The translations under genes were made by a program, and so were the position numbers. A model generated the notes under the pieces. The model saw only the letters and a list, made by a program, of their open reading frames with translations, did not search any database and was not told the DNA's origin. From Parasitella parasitica NRRL 2501 (Eukaryota; Fungi; Mucoromycota), in the NCBI GenBank assembly GCA_025201805.1, contig MU619253.1, forward strand, positions 274,002 through 338,001: DNA of 64,000 nt. Direction: 5' to 3'. This document shows positions 22,798 to 40,003 of the stretch, piece by piece. How positions within the stretch are numbered: the first letter of the stretch is position 1; the number at the start of each line of letters is the position of its first letter.

Positions 22798-24366
22798 ACC
22801 TATGCAACTAACTTTACCTTACATGTCCTTCATTAACGTATGACCCAAATATATGCCCTGGAATCCGTTCCTTAACCTGTATGCCCCGAATACACTCCTT
22901 TATACATTTGATAATCAGACGCATTTTCCATACAAATAAGTCTCTCTTCTATGAATAAAAACCTATATGCAAACACATACGGACATGTTGTAATATTGTA
23001 ACGGTATATCAAGCTAAATTCCGTTACTTTTTATAAACAATTTATAAATGGGAATGTCACTTACCCAATAGTATTAAAAGGTCAATGCCATAGATGCAGC
23101 GCTCGATTAATATTGAATTATCTCCACGTTTTATATTTGTTTACTAACCTTCAAAGAGTATTGCCTCCATCGAAAGGCGAGCCCAGTATCTGTTTTCTGT
23201 ACAAAAAAGATAGGGCTACATTGTTGAATTGCGTGCGCTTGGCAGTGGTGGGGTTTGGGTCGAAGCAGGGGAATTTTACACCAGACAAAAGACAACCAAG
23301 GCCAGCAAGTCTAATTGCAAATGCTGAGACTTGATCGCGGCTCATTGTCTTGAAATCATTGGCACTCCAGTAATCTGCTTTCTCTTTGGATATCTGGACT
23401 TTGCTTCAATGACCACTGGATGGCTTTAGAAACGAAGCTGGAGGATTGATGATAGTTGAGCCTGCAACATAACATTCTAACTGTATTTTTTTGAACATCA
23501 TGTTTGGCGGCAGGCGTACAATAAAGCTAAGAAAAGAAAACCTTCTAGTTTTGGATGGGAGGTTGTGTTTGCAGCCAGTTTTTACCTTTGTTGGTCCAAA
23601 TTCTCAATTCATCAATCTACCGTATCCCTAGCCTGCCAAAGCAAGCTGTAGCTGCAATTTCAGGAATCGCTGGCTTGTTTTCAATGTTTGGATTATGTCT
23701 CGTTGTTGTCTTGTCTTGTCTTTAGTCACCGATTTTCCTGATGTAACTGAAAATACATTGCATTTGGCAGGGAACTGTGGTCAGAGTTATGCCCCACTTT
23801 TTGGTTATAATTATTGTTGAGTGCATGCATCATGAAAGTAAATTGGCTGTTCAAGTGCTGATTTGTCCGCAAGACTCACGACTGATCTGACATTTGTTCT
23901 TCTTCATCATTAATAGTGGTTGATATGTATTGTTTTTTAATAGAATAAATCGAAAATGTGAAGGTTTATACATGATTTCTAACTTCAGGGCTCTAACAAT
24001 AACGAGATTTCGTGGCAAGTCAGGATTTCAGTTTTTACCTTCTGAATTTGGAAGAAATAAAATATTTTTTTTTAGTTGTAATACTGTGCAGGACCCTAGA
24101 TCTGCTACACCTACTTTACTTTATGTTAATTGTTTCCCTGATCTGTTTCTTATTGGCCTTTCTTTATTATTATATTCACAAATGCAAGTTTAGCAAAAAA
24201 AAAAAGCAATTATTGAGGTCAGGTTTGTTCCATCAAGCTAAATAAAGTGTAGCTATAATTCTTGACTTGAGATGAATAAATTGTATCAGGAATTCTATCA
24301 ATGCACATATACGGCAAGCAATAAAAAGCGGTATGTATTGATACAAGGTAACGTAGGTATTGTCAA

Positions 24367-25909
24367 TTAGTTATTCTGGAAATCAGTATTCAGGGCTTGA
24401 ATGGCTGAGATTGTACCAAAAATTAAGCCTACTACACCAAGCAACAGAGTTAAGAAAGCTAAAATGTACTCGTACCACACCTTTCCTCTAATTCCTGTTA
24501 GCTTGTAGTAGAAGACAACAGGGAAGATAAAAACCAGCGCACAGTTGGAAAAGGCGCCCAACAAAGACATAAAATCTCCAAAGAAAGGCACAAAAATAGC
24601 AATAACAGCAACAACCACAATGAGAGCACCACGGAATATCAAGCGAAGTGTCCATTCAAAAAAGAAAGACCTATGCTCAGAGTCGATTTTGAGCATTTTT
24701 TCCACATCTAGAGCAAATGAAATCAACAAGATTGGGGTGGTCAGGATAAGATGGATGGTGATGATAATGATAGAGGCGAATTTGGGCCCTTTGTTGGTAT
24801 CAGATAAGGACTCGTAAATGGGAGAAAGAACATCTGAACCATATACATAATATCCAGGCACAGCAGCCAAAAAGTAAAGGATTACACAAAATGTGAGGCC
24901 TGCTGTGATGACCTTGTTCCAGTCTCGTCTATTGCGCATTGATTGCTCGACATGAGGATAAACAGGGTTGCCGCCTAAAGTGTCGCATATCAGCATATGA
25001 ATGAATACATACGCACACACACACACATACACAGCACACTTACCAAAACTAAAAGAAATTGAGCTGAGAGCAATAGGAAACATATTCCATATAACACCAT
25101 CATGATGTGAGTCCGTGTGATCAGGTGCTTCTTTCACCGCGACAACCAATACGATCAGGATAACAACCACGGTGGACAGCATCCCAAATACACCGAGAAC
25201 GGTCATTTCCTTCAACGACCTAAAGAATAGGAAGGGCACAGCGACGATACAGGTACAAATAATGACCCAAATGGGAAATGTCAATTCTGCAGAGGATCCT
25301 TTTGCTACGGTGTGCAAATTCAGACCCGACAACAGCAAGTAAAGCACGGGCACACCTACCAGTGTGATGGCAGTGAAAAAGAAGGCTATCCAGCCGCCCA
25401 CCTTGCCAAATGCTGCAGTCGCCACTTCTTGGTACGATGATAGACGAGTTTTGCCATCGTAATACATGGAGCGGATCAGTAAAATACCAGTATCTATAAC
25501 AACAGGTTTAGCTGTAAATCCTATGATTGTAAGAGTATTTACATATTGATAAAATCCAACTAAGACAAAGGATAAAAAGGCCAATCCAACCACCCTGTGC
25601 TAAAGCATATGGCAAACCAAGAGCGCCTGTGCCAGCGACCACACATATAACACTGCACAATGCACTTATACTTGAACCCTGTTTTGATCTGTCGATGCCA
25701 AATTCAAAATGTTCGTTTTCATCTTGTTCTTCGTCTTCCGTAATGACTTCCTCCGAGACTATATGCAATACATGTTAGATAGAGGCCGAAAAGATAGTCG
25801 ATCTGTAGAGGACATACTAACCTGGAGGAGAGGAGCATTCCTTTTTATCGCTCGAAATAGGCGCAGTGTAGCTTGTTGTCGGCTTATTCAATAATTGACC
25901 CTCGTTCAT
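24367..25909 (-). CDS. Amino acid/auxin permease (Aa_trans, AVT-like) transporter
   Basis: CVVAGTGALGLPYAL, many TM helices, GGNPVYPHVE, VPFFGDFMSLLGAF; start at 25909 by manual splicing. Confidence 0.92.
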
Positions 25910-26590
25910 TTCGTATAGTTGTATTGGTGAAAAGAAGAAGAAGAAGAAAAAAAAAAAGAGAGCATTTTTCTCCCCGGTTCATAACTTGAAAATTTTGATT
26001 TGTCTCGCTTTTCACTTTGGCACTGATGTTAGAAATGAAAACCTTCCAAGCGGAGACATTGACCTGACTGAGACACGATTTATCATTTATATGATAGCCA
26101 TCATTTATTAATAATGCAACTCTACATTTTGGAGCTTTATTAAAACTGGCATTGAAAGAATCTTTATATTTGCGTTGACGACAGCTGTCTGATTCATGCT
26201 ACATTTTGCCCTGTCTGGTGGTAGCAATCGCTTTTCTCGATCTGCATCGCATTTAACTGCGTACGGCCATTTTTTATTTTCAGCATGCTGGTACGCCTTT
26301 TCATTCGGTCGAAGCGTGGAAAAATGTAGGCGGGATTTACTTTATTGTGTTACTACGATTGTTCGCTTTATGACATAGATCAGATAACTACTGTACTTGC
26401 GACTTGTTGGAAAGGGCTGTGTACACGCATGCTACATCTTTTGATATACGTTTATTACACAAACATTTAGCGAGAGTGCATCATAAACAAACTGACAATT
26501 TATATTGATATTTTAATATTAAGAGAAGTAGCAGATCTGTGTCGCTTAACCCCACTCAAAACTTACTAAAGCAAACTTTTCAAAGCTGTC

Positions 26591-26621
<31 letters not shown>

Positions 26622-28092
26622 NNNNNNNNNNTAACGTACATAACACTATATCCTTTGTGGCACTTGTGAAGAGATCCAAATATAGTAAATATAATGGACA
26701 CTGCTAATTGACAGCAGATAAACAATACCGGACTTTCCTATCGAAATTTTAGTATTCAAGATACTGAATGCTTTATAACAAAAATTAATGCCATTTATTT
26801 GCAGCGAAAGCGAACACAAAAGTATCTCATTTACTCAATCCCAATTTCGTTTTATAGCAATGGATTTATGAGTTTATTGTCTATGTGCAAATGTAGGTAT
26901 CAATACTGTACACGTAATCACATTTTATTACCATAGCCTTGGTCGAATAAAATTATTTTGAAAGTGGAATAAACAGATTTCTATGATTGCACGACCATGT
27001 CTTGTTTACGAGATGCGGCCAAGCAGCTTTTTGCCAACTTAACAACAAACATGTATTCAAGAAGAGCTTGTCAGCAAGACTCGAAAATTGTCGTAAATAT
27101 CTTGCTGAGAATCCATTTGTGTTGAAATAGTACTTTGAGGCCTAGAAAGCCGTTCAGGAAACATCAAAAGATAACTCGTACGCCTCCTCGTCAATGTATA
27201 AATTATTCAGTGAATAGTTTGTTTAGAGTTTTGACACAAGAAAGGAAGTGCATCGTTTGCCAAAGATCTGGACTAGCAAGGACCCATTCCAGAGTATTGC
27301 CTGAAAACTAGTGCTAGTCTACTAAACGCCTCGAGAATTACAATACCCAAAATATATAAAGAGTTCAGCATCAAGCCATAGGTGAATCAATTGAGGATTC
27401 CTTGTGCTGAAGATTGATGAAGACAAGTCAACGATCAACTGTTTATCATTTGTTCAACCAACAACAAATACGGCTCATGAGAGGAAACAATGCAAAGACC
27501 AGATGAAACAAAGGGGCCTTGGTGTGCCTGAATGCCAATAGCTTTAATTGGGGAGGGGGGGTTTAAACCACACAGTCAGGCTAATGAATATGCTAATGTT
27601 TTATCGTTTCTCGACTTCATAAAACGCAGGCATTGATGAACAGCCAACGGTCAACTACTTGTTTACACCCGTCAGGCATACCTTCAGTTGATTATGATAT
27701 AGACACAATGAAAAGAAGCAGGAGAAGACTCACAAGATGGCACACTGTGTAGATAGATACCACTAAACAATAAAATGGAATAAGCTTCCTCTGTGATGCA
27801 CATGCACATATTCTTTTAATAGCATTAGATTCAATTTTAAAACTGTCTTTTAGATGTCCCCTTTATCCCCCCCTGGCCAGCTTATTCTTTGTTTAGCCAT
27901 GTATCTATAGCATCAACAATAATGAAAGCAAGTGTCATGAAGGATGATGTCTGATGGTAAATGAATGCTGCTGTGGATGCTGTTGACAACATATTTTTAT
28001 TAAATAGTGTGATTAGTAGTATAATAGATAACAATAAAAAAAATATAAACAAATCTATTCTAGTATACTCCTATCCCTCTGCGATTGCTGCC

Positions 28093-28097
<5 letters not shown>

Positions 28098-28142
<45 letters not shown>

Positions 28143-28180
28143 TTTCTCTCTCTCTCTCTCTCTCTCTGTGTCTGTCTCTC
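28098..28180. repeat. Compound (TG)n(TC)n microsatellite
   Basis: Direct reading; lies just downstream of the Q-rich gene. Confidence 0.95.
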
Positions 28181-28220
28181 GTGATTATAATTTTTCTCCT
28201 TGTTATAGTGTAAATTTCAT

Positions 28221-28641
28221 TTATTGCTGTTGGTATTGTTGCTGTTGTTGCTGTTGTTGCTGTGGCAGGAGGGGAATAGGCGTAATGGAACGGTGTTTGT
28301 TGATATTGTTGGCAGATGACATTGCACTTGCAGGTCTATTTTGTTGTGGTGGTGGTTGTGTCATCATGGCGGCATACAGATTCCCATTACTCATATAATT
28401 GGGTAACTGATAAAAGGATGATTGAGCTGAATACATGTTGTTGTTCATTGGTGGCACAGAAGATCTGCCATTACTGTAATAGTCATACATGGAAGGAAGA
28501 TTAGGAGTATATCCATATGGCAGCTGTTGCTGGGCTTGGCCTGATCTATTTGGGCTGGTATGCTTTTTATTGTTGGTAGTGGGCACAGATGGATTCATAT
28601 ATACTGGGTGGTGCATCTGTTGTTGGTATTGGTGGTGTTGT

Positions 28642-28679
<38 letters not shown>

Positions 28680-29710
28680 CTGATGGTGTTGCTGCTGAAT
28701 GTGCTGAAAGTTGATATTGTGTGTTCCTGGTTCAGGCAGTTTACCTAGCAACCCTTCAATTTTGACTTTTCCTGGGTTCATTTTTGGCTTTTGGCGCTTA
28801 GCCTCGGCTTTTTCTTGTTCCCTTTGAATCAGCAGATCCATGCCTGACATGGTGCTCATGCGTTGCTGCTGCTGCTGATGCTGCTGCTGCTGCTGCACTG
28901 GATGCTGTTTTTGATTTCTCGGCTGCATGGCATGCTGCTGTTGTTGCTGTTGAAGATATTGAAATTGAGCCAATTGTTGCTGCTGCTGCTGTTGTTGATA
29001 CTGTTGGTACTGATGCATATGATGTATAGCAGGGGGGAAATCTAAATTGGTGGAAGAGTGCCTCAAGTGCTGGCCAATGACTTTGTCATCGTCGTCGTTG
29101 TCGTCGCCGTCGTCGTTCTGACTGTCTTTGATGAACCTTGCCAAGTCATCGTTGGAAACAGAGCGATGGTTGTTGCTGATGATGACCGAGGAGATGTTTG
29201 TACTTGCGTCAGAATGCTGCATCACTGAATGTTGGCCTGGATGCTGCTCAAATTGCTGGGGTAGAGTAGGTGCAGATCTATTTATTCTGTACGGCAAAAC
29301 GCCCTGCGAAGGTCTCTTCATGGCCTGATGGATAGGTAGCAAGTCATCTTGATCGTCTTCGTCTTCGTCCTCATCATCCTCGTCTTCGTCTATGGAAGAG
29401 TGAGCAATGTTAAAAGTTATGCTAATATGCTTACTCCGAAATGAGGGGCTGTTAGAAAGGGGTTCTTACCTGTATTGTCTTCTTCATCACTTGGTAACGG
29501 AATTGTCGATTTTGGTCTTGTAATGACGATCTTTTGCTTGCTGTATTTCTTTTGCTTGTCCTTGACGCTGTCTTGTTGGTCGCTGTTGTTTGACGAATGG
29601 GCGGCGTCGTCATCGTCATCGTCATCATCTTCATCATCGCTTGGCATGATTTTAAGATTGCGGTTGCTTGTTCTCTGGTGGTGACCTAGATTGAAGAAAT
29701 GAGAATGCAT
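28221..29710 (-). CDS. Q/N/D-rich low-complexity protein of unknown function (one intron ~29391-29469)
   Basis: Two ORFs joinable by a GTAAG..CAG intron; poly-Q tracts; ordered-looking block MSGMDLLIQREQEKAE..KIEGLLGKLPEPGTHNINFQ. Confidence 0.7.
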
Positions 29711-30145
29711 GCCAGACGGTTTTTCAAGCTAAACACAAACCAGATAGCCATGCTTGATGGGGCGAGGTATCGAAATTTATGCTGCGATCAAAGCTTTCAG
29801 TAAGTTCTTTTATTGTAGACATTTCAGAGGGAAATTGAGAGAAAAAGAAAAAAGATTTTTTTTTCACTTGACATTGCCTTTAATTCTTTATTTATTTATT
29901 TATTTATTTTTTATTTTTTATTTACTATTTTTCTTGCATTTTGTCCAAGTAAACAAAACGACTCCTGAAGACAAAACAGTTAAAAATAGATTGTATTATG
30001 TGGTGGATGTAAAAGACTCCAATAGGAGAGAAAGTGTTGCAGTACATTGAAAGAGTCACTCAAGTGGCTTGATGCGCACAAATCAACATAATGAATAAAA
30101 ACTTCTCGCTTCACTTTAGGTATTCCAACTTCTTCCGCTCGAATC

Positions 30146-32167
<2,022 letters not shown>

Positions 32168-32546
32168 TTGATATCTTTATTTTAAAACCTGTGTATGGCA
32201 TATAAAAACTATTTTCAGTAGCTACATACTGTATCTTGACATTTAATTTTTAATTATGCATTCACTGCTGTACCGTATCTTTTATGTCCTCCTCCTCTGC
32301 TGCCCTTCCCCCACCTCCTCATCCCCTTATCCCCTCCTCTTATCATCTGATGGATGACTTTGGCTAACAATTCTCTACAACCAATTTTTCAAACCACTAC
32401 AAAGATGGCCTCTACCGCATTGCATACTACAATCAATGGTTAATTATTGACCACAAACGAGACACAATAGCTGGCAATGAATATAGAGTTTTCAGTGTCA
32501 TCAAATCTTTATAATCTGCATACCAATACTTGTGCAAAAAGCCTAG

Positions 32547-32605
<59 letters not shown>

Positions 32606-33887
32606 CACAAGAACGCATTTTAGATCACTTTGGATACTTGATTTTGCAACATTTGGATGACCATTGTCGCTCAAAAGCGCGCCAAGCGATTTTATATGAT
32701 CGGTAAATTCGTTTTGCTACAATTTTTTAATTTTATTTTTATTTTTATACTCTCGTCTGAAAGATCCAATTGAACAAAACTCAAAGATGTACAAATATTA
32801 GAAGCTTTTGTTAGCGTGCTTTATTGAAAGCATGCAAGCCATATTTTTCGACACGACAAAAATCAGGTATTATCAACTATGCCGATACACATTGGCCCAA
32901 AACTCAGAAAATCAGTGGTAGCATTGGATAGAGTCGATCTCATGTTTTTACTTGATACTCTTTAAAGAAAATTTTGTCTCTGAAAATGGCTCCGTTTTGT
33001 TTTAATAGAGAGTAAAACTGATTTTCCAAGCGTAAAGTAGAGTACGAGGGATGCGTTGCAAGCTTAACTGTATAGCTTTTTTTATTCTACTCCAAAACAC
33101 ATTGAATACTGCTCGTTATTCGTTAAAAAGAGAAGAACGATAAGGCATTCGCATATTATCACTTTGAGTTTCTACGCTACCAAATGTTGGCTAATTTGAT
33201 GTTGGCTTTTTATACTTGTGCTCTGCTTTGAAGATCAGTTTTACCCTTTAGTAAGGCAGCATTCTCAAAGCTTTTACGATTTCTTTTTCAAGAAGTTCCA
33301 AATTGGGTAATAATCATTAAATATTATGTTCCGTGGGCACGCTTTATGTCTAGCAATGATGACTTAGTGATTGTGTAGATGTATGCCAAGAATACGTACT
33401 ACTCTATATACACTGTATATAGGGCCTCCATTGTGATTCTAATCCATATATGCGGAAATTGCCCACCGCCAAGATTATTGCAGAGACTTTTTGGTCACCA
33501 TCAACATAAATGGAACCCCCCCCCCGAGATTTCTACTTGAGGAATTTTTTGACTTGGCAAAAAAGAGAGAAACAAAGCTTTCCACTTTTTGTCAGGTTTT
33601 CCGAATTGAATGGATCTATATCTTACTTCCAATCCATTGCTTGTCTTCCGTCGTCTTCGATATAGAGATTTTCTTAACCATTTTTATAAATGGCCTTGCT
33701 TAAAATTGAAGACATATCAACTATTTATTTGAAAAACAAAACAAATTGAGATATCAATAAAGATTGACTAATAAAAAGCCCGCAAATTGGGGAGTTGTAA
33801 ACCCGCAAAAAAACCTACAAAGCTGCAAATTGGTACTGTGAGCACTGTATTGCTTTCTTTTCCATCTTTATAATAATATAAAATTTA

Positions 33888-36724
33888 ATGAGACATCTAT
33901 TCGATAGCAGAAAAGAAAACAAATCAATAAAACTTGTTAAAAAGCTTCAAGAAGAAGCCGATAAAGAGTGGGAAAACGAAATCGTTCGCAGAAAAGAACA
34001 GGAACTCAATGATGAAGCAATCGCAAAAGAGTTGCAGGCACAACTAGAACATGAAACTAATAGCGATAGTGCCCCTAGGCCACCTCCATTACCTATAAAG
34101 CCTAGACAATACAATTCATCGATCAATAGTAAGTAATCGACATTGCATTGGTAGCTTGATGTACTCATTTTATCATTCTTAGTTTCAGACAACGCCGCTT
34201 CTTCATCATCAACTGCGAGTCATTCGACAAAATCCTTGCCTACACACTCTTCTTCGTCGTCTTTTACCATCAAGCCGTTGTACAGTATCTCCAGTGCTGA
34301 TTCACAGCAGCCCGCTTTACCACCAAGAGATCAAAATGCTAATAAAAAGCCAGTAAAATCATATTTACAGCCTGAAAGATACAAACCAGAGCTCCAATTT
34401 TCTCTTGCTTCCCCTACGCCAAGCCCTAGCTCTGTATTTTATGAAAAAACACCCAAGCTATCCCCTGCTATTTCACCTCTTCCAGCATTGGAAACAGCAA
34501 AAGCTAGCACGCCTTCAATTCAGAATAGCAACGAGCCATTGAATATCCAAAAAAATTATGATAATGGGACTTGCAGTAATAATAGCAATGGCAACAATGT
34601 ACCGCCTAGTCCTATTGTTATGCAACCATCTCGCCCTGCTTTCAATTCGCAGCCACCTCGACCACTTAATCGCATGGAAATGCCATTTCCTACTGATGTA
34701 AATCCAGCTAATTTTCGACCCATTGCTGCAAATCATTCAGCACCTTCTTTGTACAACGATCATCACCACCATTCTGAATATCCGCCAAATAAATCCGATC
34801 CCATTGTTTTACCGTTATCACAACAACCGCAACAGCACTACAACACAATCCCTGCTGCTATACTTGCTCCACCACCGAGCCCCTTGTATCAGAAAAATGA
34901 ATCTGATGCCGCTTGTTTTCCTCAGCATATTCAACAGCAACAGCAAAGCTATCCTTATCAGCCAATGCGTCAAAATACGCCTTCTCCTGCTATATCACTT
35001 CCATTCAACTCTAATGCTATTTACCATCATTCAAAGTATTCCCAGCAACCACAACAGCAACCATTTCAGCCAATCTATCAAGCAACGCCTCCACCGCAAC
35101 CACAATATCAATCGACAAAGCCTTCTTTTGTGCCAGCTTCGAGCAGTGGTGGTTTTCAATTACCTTCCATGCCTACGTCTGCATCTTTTAACAATGCAAA
35201 GACCACAACAAAACAAAACTCGACTTTCTCGCCAACTAATCCTTATTACAAGAAACAAGACAAAGAAAAATCCAAGTTTTCTAATTCTACTATTTCACTC
35301 AAGCCAGATGAAGAACAGCCTCATGAACATGAAGATGAGGGTGAAGATGAGGACGATTGGGACAATGTCAATCCGGAAAGAAAAACATCACTTGGATCAT
35401 CTACACCAGTTGCATCCACTGCTACTCCTACTGCTTCCACTCTTGCGGACGTTAATGATGATGACAAGGAATCAGAAATTGATTATTCAGATATGATTTA
35501 TGACAGGAGAAACGAGTCGACAGAAGAGGGAAATGATGTAAAAGACGATGAAGACAAAGACGATAACTGGGAAGATACAGCTGTGGATCCGTTTGATGAT
35601 GATTTTGCAATACATGTGTCTAAAGAGTCCATGGCTACGAGCGCTATTGTCGTTGGTGATTCCGGAAAACAAAGAGCAAGCAGTGTTGTCACTAATCTCG
35701 CACCTGCTATTCAAATTCTGGATCCCACCTTGGCAGTAACCCCCACTTTATCTCTTCCGCTTTCAATAAGCAAGATTGCAGTGGAGAAGAGAAAGCCCCC
35801 GCAGGACAAAGTCGAAGACTTGTTTGAGGGTAAAAGCACTTCTCATCAATACGTTGAAAAGGAAAGCGAAGAGATTGAGCATAGACCTATCGCACTTCAT
35901 TCAAGACGGCAGTCTATGGGAGCATACCTTTCGCCATCAACATACGGCACTCCTATACCTGGCCCTTCGTCCCATCAACCATTACAGCACCAGTACCAGC
36001 ATCAGCAACTTTTTTACAACAATCGTCCTCAGTCAACACCATTAATAGAATTAGATCTACAAGAGGATGAGCAAAGCAAAGTGTATCCCACTAATACGCT
36101 AAAGGCTGGTGCTCCCCCTTCAGTCATGTCCCCCGATAATCCTTACGTCAAAAAACAAGGCAGTAAGTATATGAACCGGCCATCATTGATGAAATCATTC
36201 ATAAATATGTCTTTTTTTACAGTTGTTCCTGCAACCGATTACGGATACTTTAAAGAAGGTGATGTGCTTCAAAACAAGACATTACCAGAATTACCTAAAA
36301 CTGCTAGTAAGCGATAGTTACTCAATATTCGCAATCCAGTTGTAGACTAATGCAACTTTTGTTTCCCGTAGCAACGAACGATGACCGTCATATTACAATT
36401 TCAAGTATCAGTCCAGGTCAGCGTGTATGGATCCGAATCCACCCAACCGACACTGGTAAAGACTTGGCAGAACGTATTCATATTGTGGCATCCTATCAAA
36501 CCCGTCGTGTCACCAAGATAACAACTAAAAATGGACGTAGTGTTCCCCTGGACAACAAACCCGTATTTGAGGATTGGAATGAAATAATCAATTTTAAAGA
36601 AGGTGAACAGTGGATCGTAGAATGGGAACCCATTGAACATCCATACGTAGATATTATCACCGAAGGAAAGGAGTTCATGAGACAATTGAAGGCAAATTTT
36701 AGAGGGTCATCATCATCTAAATAA
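33888..36724 (+). CDS. Pro/Ser-rich protein with C-terminal ubiquitin-like fold, function unknown (multi-exon)
   Basis: Colinear ORFs with splice sites; DEAIAKELQ motif; C-terminal VWIRIHPTDTGKDLAERIHIVASYQTRRVTKITT. Confidence 0.65.
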
Positions 36725-36905
36725 CACAATGTAAACTAAGCTTATGGGAAGCATTGCTCTACTCAGAAAAAAAAAGCCAATTAATTATAACTTCACTTAA
36801 GTTTTCACTGTTTGAAAATAAATGCAACATTGCATCCGATTTATGTACATGTAACACTTTTTACCGGGATTTTTTTTTGTTTATTGTATAATATAAAGCT
36901 GTAAA

Positions 36906-38771
36906 TTACCATTTCGTAGCGAGCGGATTGCCCAGATTTTGAGTAACAGCATGATATCGAGTACGAAGCAGTTGCTGAGCTCTCTCGCTAGCAGGATCAA
37001 CAATCCACTCACTGTGCAACTTTGAGTAACCTAGTATTATAAATGTATAGGCCCAACTTACTTGTATATAGCCTTGATAATCTGGTTATCTTCGGGTCTA
37101 ACGCCCTGAGAGGATCTATAAATATTTTCAACGTGACCCACCCAGTCCTTGGCATTGATTATTTGTTCCGTTTCTTCAGCGCTACTGCTGGGAGGCAGCT
37201 GACCGCCGCCATTAGCACAGCCGCCAGGGCATGCCATGACTTCCACGTAATGGTAATTGCACTTGCCGGTTTTGATTTTACGTACGACATTCTGGATATT
37301 GCGGAAGCCGTAAGCAGTGGCAAATCTCAATAAAATTCGTCCGTCTTCTGCTACCAAAGAATATTCCTTGACATCGGCATTTTTGCCGGCCTTGACAATG
37401 ACATGCGCTGAAGATATATTCAAAGGATCATTTGGTATATCGTACATTTTGAATAGCTCTCGCGCAGCTGTAGCAAAGATATATTCTAATCCACCACCAG
37501 AAGATGAGCCAGATACACCATACACCATCTCCATCTGTGTAGCAGGATCAATGCCAAGCTTGTTGAATAAATCATCGATAGGGCTTTCTGTCATCTGTCT
37601 AAAGTCAAGGTTTTGCTCAACAAACATCTTGTCAATTTCGCTGGTGGTCAAGACACAATCTACTTCCCTTGTGTTGTACTGCTCTAAAAAGAAATCGGGT
37701 CGGCTAGCCTCCAGCTTTTTATCGTAGCATGGCATAATAGAAACGTGGTATATTTGATCCGGGCTGTACAAAGAAATGTGAGATTCTGAATCATAGCATC
37801 GACTTTCCATTACATACGTCAGTCCTAAATTCTTGGCAAAATAATCCTTGACAAGAGATCCCATCATCTGCTGGGGTGATTTCGTGCTAGTAATAAATGG
37901 CAGTACTTCACCGTGCGTCTTTTCAGCATAACAAACCCAGCCTGGGCATGAAGACGCAAGCATTGGCAAATCTTGGTTCACAAGGGCCCCACCTTCGCCT
38001 GCCTTATTAGTCCCGCCGCCCCTCTTTCTTGCTCTGACCTTGGGCTTGCCTTGCTCCTCCAAAGCCAACTTTTCTGCATCCGCTTGTTGCATGGCTGCTT
38101 CTAATGCTTCGCCTCCATTCTGCATATAATGCTTAAATCGATCAACAAATTCTCGGGCAGATTCTACCAGCGATAGATCCTGCGTGAATGCTGTATCGAA
38201 TACATGATGTGCCCCTAAAAAATGCTTAAAAAAATAGACTAATTTGTGATGGACTTGAAGGGTTGACAATCTATACTTGGCGGCGAGCGATGCTCGTGAT
38301 TGGGGGCTGATAGAAATGACAATGGTTCGATGATTTTGTGGTTGATTCTGTTCAGCTGCTATCTTATTTTCCTGTAGTATTTTGAATAGTTCATCTTGGG
38401 ATTGCATAGAAATCAGCACGCTTTCGGCAGAGGTTACGCAGCCACTGTTTTAAGACAAATGTCAAAACACCGTTTGATTTGTAAGCGTAAAAACAAAATT
38501 ACCTGCATGCCAAACAATCGTTTAGGGTAATCGATGCTGATTCGAGTTTTTCTTCACCGCCATCTTGAGAAATCTCATAATAAGCACCTTCTCCATCGAC
38601 TTTGATTTCACTCTAACTTCCAATTAGTAATTTAGCACATTTCAAAATATCTGACTGACTAACAGGTCCTTTATTTTCTGATTTTTCTACTTCAACAGGC
38701 TTGATGCATGCTTGAGAAGGAGCAATATAGTCGTTTAAATCTGTAAGCACAAGAGCTGAAGAAAAGGTCAT
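36906..38771 (-). CDS. NAR1: Cytosolic Fe-S cluster assembly factor (Fe-hydrogenase-like)
   Basis: [68 protein letters not shown], terminal W. Confidence 0.96.
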
Positions 38772-38901
38772 TTTCTTTCACTTATTAATGTAGGAATGAA
38801 CGGAAGAAGAAGAAAAAAAAGTGGAGAAATACAAAAGAGAAAATGGCTTGTAATTTGAACAGCCAATAAGTGACACGAGTAGATTGCGGATCATCTACAA
38901 A

Positions 38902-39860
38902 TTAGCGGGTTTTATTCTTTCCTCTCTGTATTTCGTATTCGTCCTTGTCTAAAACTTTCCCGAAAGCATCTCTTCGTATGGTACTTGGCTTTCTATCCTT
39001 GATGTAACCTGCTTTATGTCTCCAGCAGAATTCCTTGTCTTTTTTCTCTCCTTTCGTATAGCTGTATTGAATCAAATCGTACAGATATTTGTAATAAAAC
39101 ATCAAATTGTCGTATCGTCCATCATACACCTGCCCTTCTTTCAGCTCAAAGGCCTGAGCGTATTCCACATATAGATAATAAATGGCCTCAATTGTTGATA
39201 AATAGTTGACACTTAGGTTTTGAAATCTCCAGAAAAATGTTAGTCGAGGTTCAAGGGTTACTTTTTGCACTGCTCGTAGTAAGGGTGTATCTCGGACCAT
39301 CTTTTGTGCTTGCTTCCAAGTGCCGTCGATTACTATCATATGGTCAAAGGAATCTTGAGGGATTTCGCTTAATTTCCTTGCATCCTTAAACATATATATG
39401 ATGAATAAATGTAGCAAGTAATACAAGCAGACTTACAGGTCCAGGAAACAGCATGAGTACTCGTTCTGGTTGGCTAAATCGTGGCATTTTCTTCCAACTG
39501 TAAACACGCACATCTTTGTCGGCTACTATTCTAGCATGTAGTGCTGTAGTCGTACCATCGGATTCAGCTTCGTGCTTAATGCTGTAATGTAAAGTTATGA
39601 CACTTTTTATGTGCTTATGCCTTGTGCTGACCTTACATGTCTATTGTTACTGGAAGCTTTACAAACGGAACCTGTGATCTTTCCATGCCAATCACAGTAA
39701 AGCAGTTGTAGCAATAATGCTTCATATTTTTTTGACAATTTGGACATTTTTCACGATGCAGCATGTCATACAAGACTGTGTCATCTTGGATTTTCAAGTC
39801 TTTGAATGGTGATTTCTCTCGTACTTGTTTTAAATCTTCTGCTGTTAGTTGGTTTGACAT
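38902..39860 (-). CDS. DTW-domain tRNA-uridine aminocarboxypropyltransferase (DTWD1-like)
   Basis: CPNC..CYNC, LMLFPGP, IDGTWKQA, FWRFQ, LSTIEAIYY, YDNLMFYY. Confidence 0.92.
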
Positions 39861-40003
39861 GTTGAGGAGTATAAGGGGAAAAATTTTCGCTGTTGAGATT
39901 GATTTTCGGTAATTTAAGGAGAAAAAATACAAGTGTGATATATAAGTGAAGATATTTTTTATTCACAAAAAAGTGATACATGAAGAATATCAAGCTTAAG
40001 ACT

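Noticed and set aside
23100-23760. Coding-like composition on the minus strand downstream of the F-box gene
   Set aside because: All frames are interrupted and no family motif was recognised
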